In this document: positions 1-10,474 of the stretch, piece by piece | Position numbering within the stretch: position 1 is the stretch's first letter | Layout of the letters: the number at the start of each line of letters is the position of its first letter | Assembly: GCA_010093605.1 (NCBI GenBank) | Contig: MU004184.1 | Coordinates: forward strand, 1,250,801-1,314,800 | Origin: Lophium mytilinum | Lineage: Eukaryota | Reading direction: 5' to 3' | Length of the DNA stretch: 64,000 nucleotides | Made by a program: the position numbers and the translations under genes | The notes under the pieces: generated by a model | The model's database searches: none | What the model was told of the DNA's origin: nothing | Seen by the model: only the letters and a program-made list of their open reading frames with translations

Positions 1-159
1 CCGGATTCGCTGGCGTCGCTGCGCAAGCTCGCCGAGAGCTACCAGAGCATGCAGAAGGAGAAGGGCGAGGACGGCGAGAAGGGTGAAGATGATGATGATG
101 ACGACATCCCGGAGCTGGTCGAGGGCGACAACTTCGAGTCGAAGGGGGAGGTCGAGTAG
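1..159 (+). CDS. EGD1: Nascent polypeptide-associated complex beta subunit (BTF3), 3' end only
   Basis: Frame 1 reads [52 protein letters not shown], the typical fungal NAC-beta C-terminus. TAG at 157-159. Confidence 0.9.
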   Translation, partial: PDSLASLRKLAESYQSMQKEKGEDGEKGEDDDDDDIPELVEGDNFESKGEVE

Positions 160-1472
160 AGGACGGGATCTAGGTTAGATGCACACATACTGGAACCCAC
201 AAGTTTGCGCATTGGGGCACTCCAGCAACTTACTGCTGGTAAGGGAAAGCGAAAACTGGGAATATCACCATACTCTTTCTTTCTGGCCTCTCTTAGCTGG
301 TCCAACCACTGCTCTGCTCTCCTCTAGTTGTGCTCGGTGGTGTATCTAACTTTCAGTGCCTTTTTCGTTCATAGGATGGGTGTTTCTATTGAGCTGATGT
401 TTTCTTGGCTCAGGCGTTGAACGAAAAAGTGCATATGTTATATTACGCATTCGGAGTCCACGACCACCCTTTCTCACTGCTGCATGGATTCGTTTTGCTG
501 TTAGCCTCGCTCCGTGAATCCTAACAGCTATTTGACAGAGCAAGTAAAGGGGCATGTTCTTTGAGCGCTCTTAGCATTACTTTTATTTGACTGAGCAATT
601 ACTCCCAGGTATATATATGTATTGAGGTGTCTCTGCAGCAAGCGTCTTGATGCTCGCAATCAAGTCACTAGTGCAGGGCTGCACCAGATAAAGAGCTCCG
701 GAAGTCTACCATGGACAACGCGATACACTCTCTTCCATCCGAATCTTCTACCATCCACCTTAATGCTTCGTTCACGCGGTCTAAATGGCCCTTTGCGTTA
801 ATATGAATGTAGCAGGCTATTATGCTAATTGTATAAGTGTCGAGGTGGCGCTGAAGTGCCGTTCAACTCAGGCGGTAGCTGTGGCGAGGCCGCGTTGTTT
901 GATGCGTACGTGGACAACAGCCACAGCCTGTTGTGTCAAAGCCTGAAGATGAAGCCTTAGTAGGCATCAGCTTGCGAAATCTGCTATCGGCATTGTTGTT
1001 AGGACTGATGTTGCCGAATTGTCAAGATTGAAATAGCAGCGCCCCGAGATGGTGGGTGACGTTGGAGAGTCAATAACACTCCGTCGCAGGCGAAATTAGA
1101 TACAAGGCCTTTGAGAGAATGTCCAGGGTAGGTATGAGTTTGGGTTAATGGAATCCGACAGACGGGGTTCGACGTCTTGGCAGCTGACTTCAAGTGCGCG
1201 GCTCAAAGCCACAGCTCCACATCCCAGTTGCTGCCCACGCCCAACCTCCAGGTACACCAGCGGCCTTCCCCATTCTTCCGTGGAGCAGTGATTTACCCTC
1301 TCCAGCTAATCATTAATCCACCGCCGACTCGGTCCTCGCTGCTGGCGGCCTCGCATCGCCTGCTCGTTCCATGCGCTGTACCTGCCAGGCCTCACCCCTC
1401 CCGTTCTTCCAACACTCGCCGCAACCCTCGAGATTACCACGTCAGAGACTGTAATCGACCACACTCGACACC

Positions 1473-3537
1473 ATGCCTTCGATACTCAATGACGACGATA
1501 AGCAGACGGTCAAGCGGACCGTGCCCAAAGCTTCGAACAAGATCCATGCCGTCGCCGTTGCGAAGCTCTATGTAGCCTATCCGAACCAGCAAAGATGGAC
1601 ATTCACGGGGCTGCAAGGAGCAGCAGTGTTGGCGAACGATCTGGTCGGGAACACTTTCTGGATCAAGATGGTTGATGTTTCGGTAGGTTGATGAGCAATT
1701 GTATGCTGTACACCGCAAGAGATGTGCTGATAGCCCCAGCCTGCCAACCGTGGAGTGATATGGGACCAAGAAATATATGACTCTTTTTCCTACAACCAGG
1801 ACCGGGTTTTCTTCCATACTTTCGAGCTGGAAGATTGTCTCGCCGGACTGTCATTTGCGGACGAGAAGGAGGCTAAAACGTTCAAGAAGAAGATGGATGA
1901 TCGGGAGAAGAATGCGCATAAAAATACTAAGTCGAAGCCGTTTGGGTCTGCTATGAACACTGCGGCCTCGAATGGAGGCGGGAACGGCGGAGGGAAATCA
2001 CACGGCCTTCTAGGTGGTCTGTTTGGCCACAGACATTCGTCCGCCTCGCATCATCCTCCGGCGCAGTCGATTATACCACCCAAGGAATTCGCTGTAACCT
2101 CTCCTACTCAACATAGCCACTCCAACGCTGCAAGTAGCCGAAATTCAGCAAGTGAACTTACGGATCCGACCTTGGTGAAGGAATTGCTGGCAATGGGCAT
2201 CACAGAAGACCAGATTGAAGAGAACGCAGACTTCATCAAAATGTACATTGAGCAGCGGAAGGCGCAAGAGAATGTAGAAGATAGTGCTGCGGAACGACGA
2301 TCAAGGGCTCCACCGCCTCCGCCACCAAGTGCACCACCCAAAGCAAACGCCCTAAGTCCGCAGAACACGGGATCATCGAGAAGAGGACCGCCTCCAGCCC
2401 CTCCGCCAGCACGAAGGACTAAGACTGACGCCCTCCCCTCGGCATCACCAGCTAGCCCGGCACCTTCTCCACCTCGCCAAGCCTCTCCTCCTGCACCACC
2501 AGGCCCCAGATTCCGTGCTCCTCCTCCAATTGCAGACGCTGGCAAATTCGCGCACACGAACGCGCCTCCACCTCCATCGAGAGCGAGAGCTGAATCCAAC
2601 ACAGTGGCGAATCCAGGGCCCCCACCACCTCCCAGACCGCCAAAGACGCCGATGGAAGATGCTCCAGAGCCAGGACACAGGTTTGGCGTACCACCTCCTT
2701 TCGCAGGCTCCAGGGCTCCGGCAAACCCACCTCCTCCGCCAAGTCGTGGACCTGTTCCTCCACCACCACCAGCTCGAGAAACTTCAACAACACATGTCCC
2801 ACCACCGCCAACTCGACAGACTGCACCTGCACACATTCCGCCGCCACCATTGCCTCCGAAGACATCCTCGGCGCCTCCACCATTGCCGCCCTCGAACAAT
2901 GGGCCCCCGCAACCGCCTCCGTTACCTCCCTCATCTACTCGACATGTTCCTCCTCCGCCATCAAGCCACGCACCACCTCCGCCCTCTCGGGATATCCCTC
3001 CGCCTCCCCCCATGCCTGCCAGCTCGATTCCTCCTCCCCCTCCCATGCCCGCGAGTTCAATCCCGCCCCCTCCACCTATGCCGCACTCAGCAGTCCCTCC
3101 GCCACCTCCTATGCCCAATTCTTCCGTTCCTCCTCCGCCGCCAATGCCACCTGGAAGTGGTCCGCCACCACCACCTCCCATGCCCGGCGCGCCTGCAGCC
3201 CAGGGCCTGCCCAAAAGAGCTCCTGTTGTCGACAACCTACTTGCAGATATCCGCGGCGGCGCTAGACTCAAGAGAGTCAGCTCTCAAGAAAAGCGGGATC
3301 GAAGTGCCGCCCTGGTGCCCGGTGGCGACACGGCGGCTGCTGGGGGCGCGGCCGGTGGAGCTGCTCCGAATGCTGCAGAGGGAGGCTTGGCTGGGGCACT
3401 GGCGAGTGCGCTTGCGGCGAGGAAGGCGAAGGTCAGCCATAGTGGTAAGGTTTACCCTTTTCTATTGACTTCATTTTCTTTTAAGGAAAAGGCGCTAATA
3501 CCTTGCAGATGACGAAGATGAGAAGGATGATTGGTGA
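1473..3537 (+). CDS. LAS17: WASP/Las17 actin nucleation-promoting factor (3 exons: 1473-1682, 1740-3444, 3509-3537)
   Basis: N-terminal WH1 domain (AVAKLYVAYP, WDQEIY..FSY.QDR.FFH.FE), long polyproline region, WH2-like LLADIRGGARLKRV, and acidic tail DDEDEKDDW* after splicing GT-AG introns 1683-1739 and 3445-3508. Confidence 0.95.
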
Positions 3538-4179
3538 GAGCTTGAAGATGGGAGAATGGCAATTGGATCGTTTTTGTTGCTTTGCGTGGAAAATGGTTTT
3601 AGGGGGAACCATTGGCAAGTACTGAGATCGAATCTTAACATGGTTCGAGTTTTTGATACCGCTGGGTTAGGCGTGATGAGGCATGCCCGGAGGTAGCGAT
3701 GCGAGTGACGTGCTCGCCAATCCGGCTGAACGGCGCTATTGGGGATGGTATGAGTCTTTTAGCCTCTATTAGGGAGATTAAAGGAAGTGGTGGAGCTCAA
3801 AGTAGTAGTCTTTGACTCCTAGACTTCTATCTAAGTTGACCATGAATCTAGCTTTTCATGTTGCTCTCTTGACTGCTGATACGCTATACGTTAACATCTA
3901 TCGATACGTCTATCATCAAACGGGTATTCCCCGAGATTGCAATCTGCCTTACAAAGCCGACACATGAAAAGTACAGTCGAGGAGCCCCTGTAACTTGTAG
4001 TCACACGTGATGTGATGGAAGGGCTTGATTCACAGTGCATGCGGCGAGGTAAATCCTGAGCCTACTAGCTATCTTGAGTACGTGGTAACTTGATTCACTC
4101 GTTCCAACGCTATCGACTTTGACATCCAAAATTCAAAGCTTTTAATTCACGCACAGAACAGACATCTAGCCAACTCTCA

Positions 4180-4863
4180 AGAAAGTCAACTCTCCTCCAA
4201 ACACTTGCGCTTTGCACCATCTCGACTGCCTTTGCCCACCAAAAGCTCATAGCCCACGTCCAAGTCATGGCTGCAGTAGAGGGCGCGCTCACAGTTCCCG
4301 GACACAATAATGCTATGCACGGCCCAATTCCCAAGGCCTCGCGACTGTTTAAAATTGAGCTGCTCGAGATTGCTCCGTCACCCATCCCCACGTAAGTTAA
4401 TAGCGTCATGCTAGACCATGATTAAGATAAGTAGGTCACAACTAATGGAATAATCAAAGCGACCGAATCTTCTTCACGCTCCTCCGGGGCACTATTTTTC
4501 CCATCCAAGACAAAGGACTCGGCCGATCTTGACAAACTCCTTGCCAACGCGACCCTCACTCTAACTATGTCCGCTGTTCTAGCAAATGGTGAGGTTGAGG
4601 ACCCGCAGAGCTACACTGCACCGCTGCCAACTACGGGATATAGCCTCGGAGGCCAACTCTCGATCCGCAATTCCACGGGCGCCTAAACGGAGCATCTGAG
4701 TAGTAGCGGCCACAATGATATCATAACCGATTGTCAGCTTCCGACTTGGTTGATTAAGACCGGGACGTGGACGTTTGAGATTGTTGCTGAGCTTGGAGAT
4801 GGGACTTGTTTGTTTGCAATAGCCTTGACGCAGTGGTTGGAGGGCGGGGGCGGGAAGTGGTAA
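4180..4863 (+). pseudogene. Disrupted secreted ML-domain (MD-2/NPC2-like lipid-recognition) gene
   Basis: Reconstruction: signal-like KSTLLQTLALCTISTAFA, VPGHNNAMHGPIPK..LFKIELLEIAPSPIP, intron 4392-4459 (GTAAGT, ACTAAT, AAG), DRIFFTLLRG, then LPTWLIKTGTWTFEIVAELGDGTCLFAI. Needs a +1 frameshift near 4496-4500, has an in-frame TAA at 4684-4686, and has no ATG before the signal peptide. Confidence 0.6.
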
Positions 4864-5257
4864 GAGTACGACTACTGTAGTAAGCAGCACCTCGAGTCAA
4901 CTTCGAAACTAGTTCTACCAGTATCCTCGAACGCAACTTTGATGACTGAACGGTGTCTAGTGCAAATCAGCGTGAACATTCTGTAATTCCCCATCTTCTG
5001 TGACAGATACTGCGTAGGACCCGGGCCTGAGCCGAACTCAGCCACAGCAGCGCGAGATCATGTGAGCAGGATGGGTTGCGTAAGGTGATATTGGGGTTAA
5101 GAAATAGGAATACGATGATAGTGTGGAAAAAAAGCCATGATGGGGCGTCTAGAAACAAGCTATTCTAGCCTCAACACTTCGACTGACTGCGAATCGCTAC
5201 ATTGACGATATTGTCTGGTGTAGGTTGGGACACAAGCCTTGCCATTCACTACCTACA

Positions 5258-5893
5258 TCAATCACCATCATCCCCACCTTGGTGCCTACTCCCCTGCCTC
5301 GCAACTCTCCACTGCCCCTTCTGCTGCGCCCTCACACCGCTCGACCGCTTCTTGTCGACATCGCGGTGCACAACCTGAACCCGCCAATCGCCGGGCCACT
5401 CCTGGCGTGCGAGCTCTTCGACGAAAGCAACACTACGGTGGTGGCCGAGAGCGCAGTTGCAGCCCACTCGTAGAACTGGACCATCGGGGTCTTCGTCTAA
5501 CGACTCTACGTTGATCGAATCGCCGTCGTCGTCGTCGTTTGCTTCTTCTTCTTCTTCTTCTTCTTCTTCTTCCGCCTCAATTGGTGCATTTGAAACGGCA
5601 TCGATCTTCCCCTGCATCGCACTTTCAATCTCACCCTTCACCTCCTCCAGCTTCCGCGTGAACCGCGCATCTCCGAGAAGATGCGCGCGTAGCCGTTTTG
5701 AGCGGCCGTCGTGGGCGTCGCGCACGCTTTTGGGAGGGTTGGGGATGGTGCGGAGGTCAAACTTGAAGTCTGGGGGTGGGTTGAGAGGCGGGGTGCGGCC
5801 GTGAGAGTAGATGATGAGAAGAGGAGAGCTAATTGTAGGGTTTATGCCGCTGGCTGGAGTTGAGTTCGGCGGAGTAATCGATGTGGTGGCCAT
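5258..5893 (-). CDS. Stand-alone RapZ C-terminal-domain-like protein
   Basis: Intronless 211-aa ORF. IYSHG, FDLRTIPNP, VGCNCALGHHRSVAFVEELA and VVHRD parallel the bacterial RapZ CTD motifs (FDVRFLPNP, IGCTGGKHRSV, HR). Acidic poly-E/D insert encoded by a GAA microsatellite. Confidence 0.75.
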   Translation of the reverse strand: MATTSITPPNSTPASGINPTISSPLLIIYSHGRTPPLNPPPDFKFDLRTIPNPPKSVRDAHDGRSKRLRAHLLGDARFTRKLEEVKGEIESAMQGKIDAVSNAPIEAEEEEEEEEEEANDDDDGDSINVESLDEDPDGPVLRVGCNCALGHHRSVAFVEELARQEWPGDWRVQVVHRDVDKKRSSGVRAQQKGQWRVARQGSRHQGGDDGD

Positions 5894-6731
5894 TTTGGGA
5901 TAGATGTATTTTTGTTAGTGTTCGAGGGAGGTGAGATTGTGATTGTGTATGCTAAGGGTGGGATGGCATTGGTTGGCTGTTCTGATGAGCTTTGCAGGTG
6001 CGTTATTGTGGTCAGGTTTATGTCAAGACGGTTTGTTGAAGGCCTTTCGTCGTGCACTTAAGGTCGTGCTTGAAAGCATGTAGTTAGTCCATGTCTTTGG
6101 TCGTCACGCGAAGTTCGAAGTTCGGCGAGTTGCTATAGTGAATGATGACAAAGCATATCCAAAGAGGCAGGTCAACGTCCACGCTTCCAGATCCACCACT
6201 CACAACGAGCAAAACATGGAAGCCTGATCGCTTAAGCTCAGTCTGCCATTGCTAGAACTAACTGGCCATGGCGTGACGCACAGCGTGGACATCGGAGCTT
6301 AACCCCCTGACTACGGACTGGACTGAAAGGCGCTACTAATTCCGACTCCGATGTAACCACAGCCCTTTTCACTATAAGATTTCAGGCATCACTTGGAGAC
6401 GCGTAGGCCTTCTGTATCGCTTCATTTCCTATTTCGTCTCTTTCCACAATAACCAAGAAAGAAACAAGGCAGCGATTCGCCCGCTCAGAAGACGTACGAA
6501 GGCAGCCACGAAAGCACCCACGACTTTATCTATCTCCTTCCTATTCTCGTTCTATATTCCCCATCCTTACCTCTCCTTTCAATCATAAAAGAAGCCACCT
6601 AGAACCCTCATAGCACCCTGACAAAACATATCACAAAAGAACCTCATACTCCTTCCCCCATCCATCCCAACTCTTCAAACGCAAACTCGCAAGCACACTC
6701 CGCGTCACCTTCCCCCCTATTCGCCCTCATA

Positions 6732-7509
6732 ATGGCCCCCTTCACCCATCGCCCCACCACCCTCGCCGACGTCCCCGAGCAACTCAGCATGGGCGAGCGC
6801 GCCTTCGCCGACGACCCCATGGCCCTCGTCATCTTCCCCCCCTCGCGCCGCGACCCCGCCCACCCCAACGCCGAGCGCGAGTACCGCGAAGCGCGCTACA
6901 ACAAGCGCCTCTCGAACCCCGCGGGCTACTGGTGGACGTGCGTGGACGAGGGCGCGGGCGGGCGGATCGTGGGGAGCTCGGGGTGGACGCGGGAGGTGAA
7001 AGAGGCTGCCGACGCGGACGCGGATCCGGAGGCCGCAGCGAAGAAGGCGAAAGAGAAGGAGGAGGAGGAGGCGAATCTGCCGGTGAGCGCGGATAAGGAG
7101 GCGCTGAAGCGGATTATGGAGATGATGGAGACGACGAAGAAGAAGTGGACGGGGGAGATGGAGGCGGTGTGGTGTGAGTATTCCCATTTTACCTTTTGCA
7201 TATTTTGGGGATTGGTGGATGAGAAGCTAATTGAGGGCAGATCTTGGGCATTTGGCGACGGATCCGGATTATCAGCGGCAGGGGATCGGGAAGGGGCTTG
7301 TTCAGTGGGGGTGTGATCAGGCGGATAAGGAGGGTGTTTGTGCCTATCTTGAGAGTACGCTTGCGGGCCGCAGACTCTATGAGAGTCTGGGGTTTGAACG
7401 TGTAGACGAGCTTAAGCTGTCGACTGTAGTGGAAGGTGATCAGCATGCTAGTTATTGGGTCATGTTGAGGAAACCTCAGGGGAAGGTAGAGGGGAACGCA
7501 CAGAGCTGA
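6732..7509 (+). CDS. GNAT-family N-acetyltransferase (intron 7174-7240)
   Basis: Splicing joins the two ORFs to give WYLGHLATDPDYQRQGIGKGL (acetyl-CoA motif A) and YLEST.AG..LYESLGF. Confidence 0.9.
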
Positions 7510-7808
7510 AGACACATATAGCAGATTTACTATGGGCAAGCATGCATTCTAGAGGCGGGGATAATGTCACTGTTGATAGAGAGAACAACGAGGGCATACG
7601 ATAATGAATTCTCATTAGACTAAAGTACTCTGCCAGTTGTTACAGTGACTCTATCTTAGTACCTCATGCTATGTCTAGCGGCACCAGGCCTCAACATTCA
7701 AAACGCCATGCTATGCAACAGTGAAAGCATCCAACTCCATAGCACCCAAAAACAACCGCTATGCCAAACAATCACTCATGCAAACAATGCAGTACGACAG
7801 ACAAACAG

Positions 7809-9836
7809 CTAAAGAGATTCCTCCCCATCGAGAATGCCCCTGAGAATACGGCTGCCAGGGCCGACGAGTGCAGCCTCAAGCTCTTTGTTGGCAACAGTAC
7901 TCGCAACCCTCCTCTCTTCAACAACAGTGGCACCGAAACCACCCTTTGCCCTTCCCCTCTTGCTTGGTGTACCAGCAGTAACGACCAACGACCCCGTCTT
8001 GCCCTCAACGGACGAAATCAGCGAAAGCGTCTCCAAGCTACCGACAATGTCTCGGAACTCAGTATTTGTGAGGGGGTGAAGAATATCCTCTCGCTTGCAC
8101 AAGCTAGTGTAGGCCTCGAAGATTGCTTTGATGGTCGGCGCTGTGCTATGGGTCTTCGACGGAGTTGCGAGAACGCTCTCGGAAAACGCGGTTCGCTTCT
8201 TCTTCTCAAGCGCTGCTAGTGCGCACAGGACAGCCTTTTGTTGGAGATTGAGGTTCTGGAGCCTCTGGGTGGCGCCGTTGCTGAACACAGCAGAAGTAAT
8301 ACGCGTCATGTGGTTGATGGTGGCGCGAGGCGCATTTTCAATTGTGATTTGAGACAGTGAGGTAGCAACGCTATCCAAACGAGGCGTCTTAAGGATGAAC
8401 CTAGCGACGGGTGGAGATGAGAGGTTGATGTTCTCGACAAGTGGAGTCTTGGAAGGAGATGGCGTAGGAGAGGGAGTGATTTCGTTAGCCATCTTCGCGT
8501 GTTGGTCGCGAGTATCAGCTTCGACCAGATCGATGGCTCGTTTGCAGATGTCAAAGGCCTTGCGCAAATCGCCTGATTGGGTCGCGACCTTGTTGGAAAG
8601 GTATCGGATCGCCGTAGGATGGATGAAAGGCACAAATTCCGCAGAAGTAGTAGTGGTATCATCGGGTATAGCTGACCTGAGCTTCGATGTGATTACGGAC
8701 GCGATCTGAGCAGCGGTGTACGGCAGAAATGGAAGAAGTTGAGGCTTAAGGCCACGAGCCTTGAGGCGTGGGAGGAAGCGGTCCGTAAAGTCAAGAGCGT
8801 TGGCAATTCCAACCAAAACTAGACTGGAAGAGGGCTGGAGAGACCACTCAAATAGGCGGTAGAGAAGCTCCAGGTCCAGATCCAAAAGGTGGTCAACCTC
8901 GTCAAGTGTGACAACGTATGAGCGATCACGCTTCGTGAAGATCTCATGGAGCGCGTCCACCTCAGCGCCCTCGGTGATAGTACTGATGTCGACCAATTGC
9001 TCAAGCAAGGTTCGGTAGAGGTCACTGGCATTCTTCACGCTCATGCAGTTGATGTATGCGGTTTTCGCAGAGTTCTCGGACTCCAGTCCGCGGCACACAT
9101 CGCCCACGAACGCGCTTTTCCCGGTTCCTGGTGGCCCGGAAACGTAGATGCATCCAGACTTGCGGCCCTGGGTACGCGTGGACACGAATTTCTCCAGCTC
9201 TTTGCGCTCGGTCTCCCGGCCGAACAGTGCTGGCGGTGCGGATCCTCGAGCAAAAAGCTGGCGAGCGACATTGTAGACGGTAGGGACATTATGACGCGGA
9301 GTTATCGGTGTCCGGGGAGTGCGAGGAGTCAAGGGCTTTCCACCAACAAGGACCCGATGCCGAGGAGTGACAGGGACCTTCTTCGAGAGCGCGTCGCGGT
9401 GCCGAGGAGTCTGAGGAGTGGCGGCTTGGACAAGTTTTGAGTCTGATCGAACGACGGGCTTAGAGGCCTTAAAGTGTGCATTGATTTTGGCAGGAGACAG
9501 AGCGACACGGCTTTCCGGGGCTCCATGTTTCGCGGGGGTGGATCCGATCTTTCGGACGCGCTTTCCAGACGGCAAGACATCCTGCGCCAGCTCGTCCAAT
9601 TCCATAGCATCGCCATGACGGACAACCTTCTTGTTCCTCGGGGTGACAAAAGGGTTTTCATTGTCGCCATCATCCAGGATCACGAACTGGGCCTGGCGTT
9701 TGGCCCGCGTTGTGACTCTTAAAGCAGCATCTACAAGCACCGAGTCAGTTTGTTGACAGGAGAGAAGGGGCGGATCGTGCCTACCTGGCGAGTCTGTGGA
9801 GCTGCGAGTTCTCTTTCCGAGCACGGTGGAAGGCAT
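7809..9836 (-). CDS. CDC6: Replication licensing AAA+ ATPase Cdc6/Cdc18
   Basis: Walker A YVSGPPGTGKS, Walker B VTLDEVD, GIANALDFTDRFLP, GDLRKA, and many S/TP CDK sites. ATG at 9836; stopless 54-nt intron 9731-9784. Confidence 0.95.
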   Translation of the reverse strand: MPSTVLGKRTRSSTDSPGRHDPPLLSCQQTDSVLVDAALRVTTRAKRQAQFVILDDGDNENPFVTPRNKKVVRHGDAMELDELAQDVLPSGKRVRKIGSTPAKHGAPESRVALSPAKINAHFKASKPVVRSDSKLVQAATPQTPRHRDALSKKVPVTPRHRVLVGGKPLTPRTPRTPITPRHNVPTVYNVARQLFARGSAPPALFGRETERKELEKFVSTRTQGRKSGCIYVSGPPGTGKSAFVGDVCRGLESENSAKTAYINCMSVKNASDLYRTLLEQLVDISTITEGAEVDALHEIFTKRDRSYVVTLDEVDHLLDLDLELLYRLFEWSLQPSSSLVLVGIANALDFTDRFLPRLKARGLKPQLLPFLPYTAAQIASVITSKLRSAIPDDTTTTSAEFVPFIHPTAIRYLSNKVATQSGDLRKAFDICKRAIDLVEADTRDQHAKMANEITPSPTPSPSKTPLVENINLSSPPVARFILKTPRLDSVATSLSQITIENAPRATINHMTRITSAVFSNGATQRLQNLNLQQKAVLCALAALEKKKRTAFSESVLATPSKTHSTAPTIKAIFEAYTSLCKREDILHPLTNTEFRDIVGSLETLSLISSVEGKTGSLVVTAGTPSKRGRAKGGFGATVVEERRVASTVANKELEAALVGPGSRILRGILDGEESL

Positions 9837-9977
9837 CGTGGACGAGGGCAGCAATTGCAATGAGGAAGTTGTGGGTGGTGGTGGAGTGGGAAGGAGCTAC
9901 GCGGGTCGAGGTTGAAGATGGGAGGGAAGGCGCGTCGCCGGGACGCTAAACCGCGCCTGCCCAATAAAAGCGGGCCC

Positions 9978-9983
9978 ACGCGT
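9978..9983. promoter_or_regulatory. MCB element (ACGCGT) upstream of CDC6
   Basis: Exact ACGCGT about 140 bp upstream of the CDC6 ATG, with further CGCG cores nearby. Consistent with known MBF control of CDC6/cdc18. Confidence 0.55.
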
Positions 9984-10474
9984 AAAGTGGTACGCCTTGG
10001 CATCACGTCCAGCCTCATCTTTCACCTTTCCCTCATTTGGACACCATTCACCTCGACTATGGTTTTCGATACACCTCAAGCAAATCCAGACTCTTGAATA
10101 GCTCAGCCTTCACTGCTGAGGTGACTGTGTACAGAAGCCCGTGTATACCCTTCGGTCACCGTTCGATAATCTGGCAAGCATTTCACGGCATTTGCATTCA
10201 CTCAACATCTTTGGACTTTGGAAGAGGGGTGGTGTTGCCAAAGTGATGATGGCACTCTTTCAACCAGGGTCTCGTTCCAATCATTATCAGATTACCACGA
10301 TACTGCTATATGCCGTGTGCTCATGAGACAACGTACAGCTAACGCAAAACCCTCGCAAGCAATTTCAATTCCTGACTGCACGAGCAGTGCAGCTCGTAAA
10401 GCTCAAACAAACAAAAGGTATCATACCGTGCGTCTCAGCACAACAAAGGAGACGAAGTACAACTCTGCCATCTC

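Noticed and set aside
2108..3271. 387-aa Gly-rich minus-strand ORF, plus overlapping alternative-frame ORFs
   Set aside because: Antisense shadow of the LAS17 polyproline codons.
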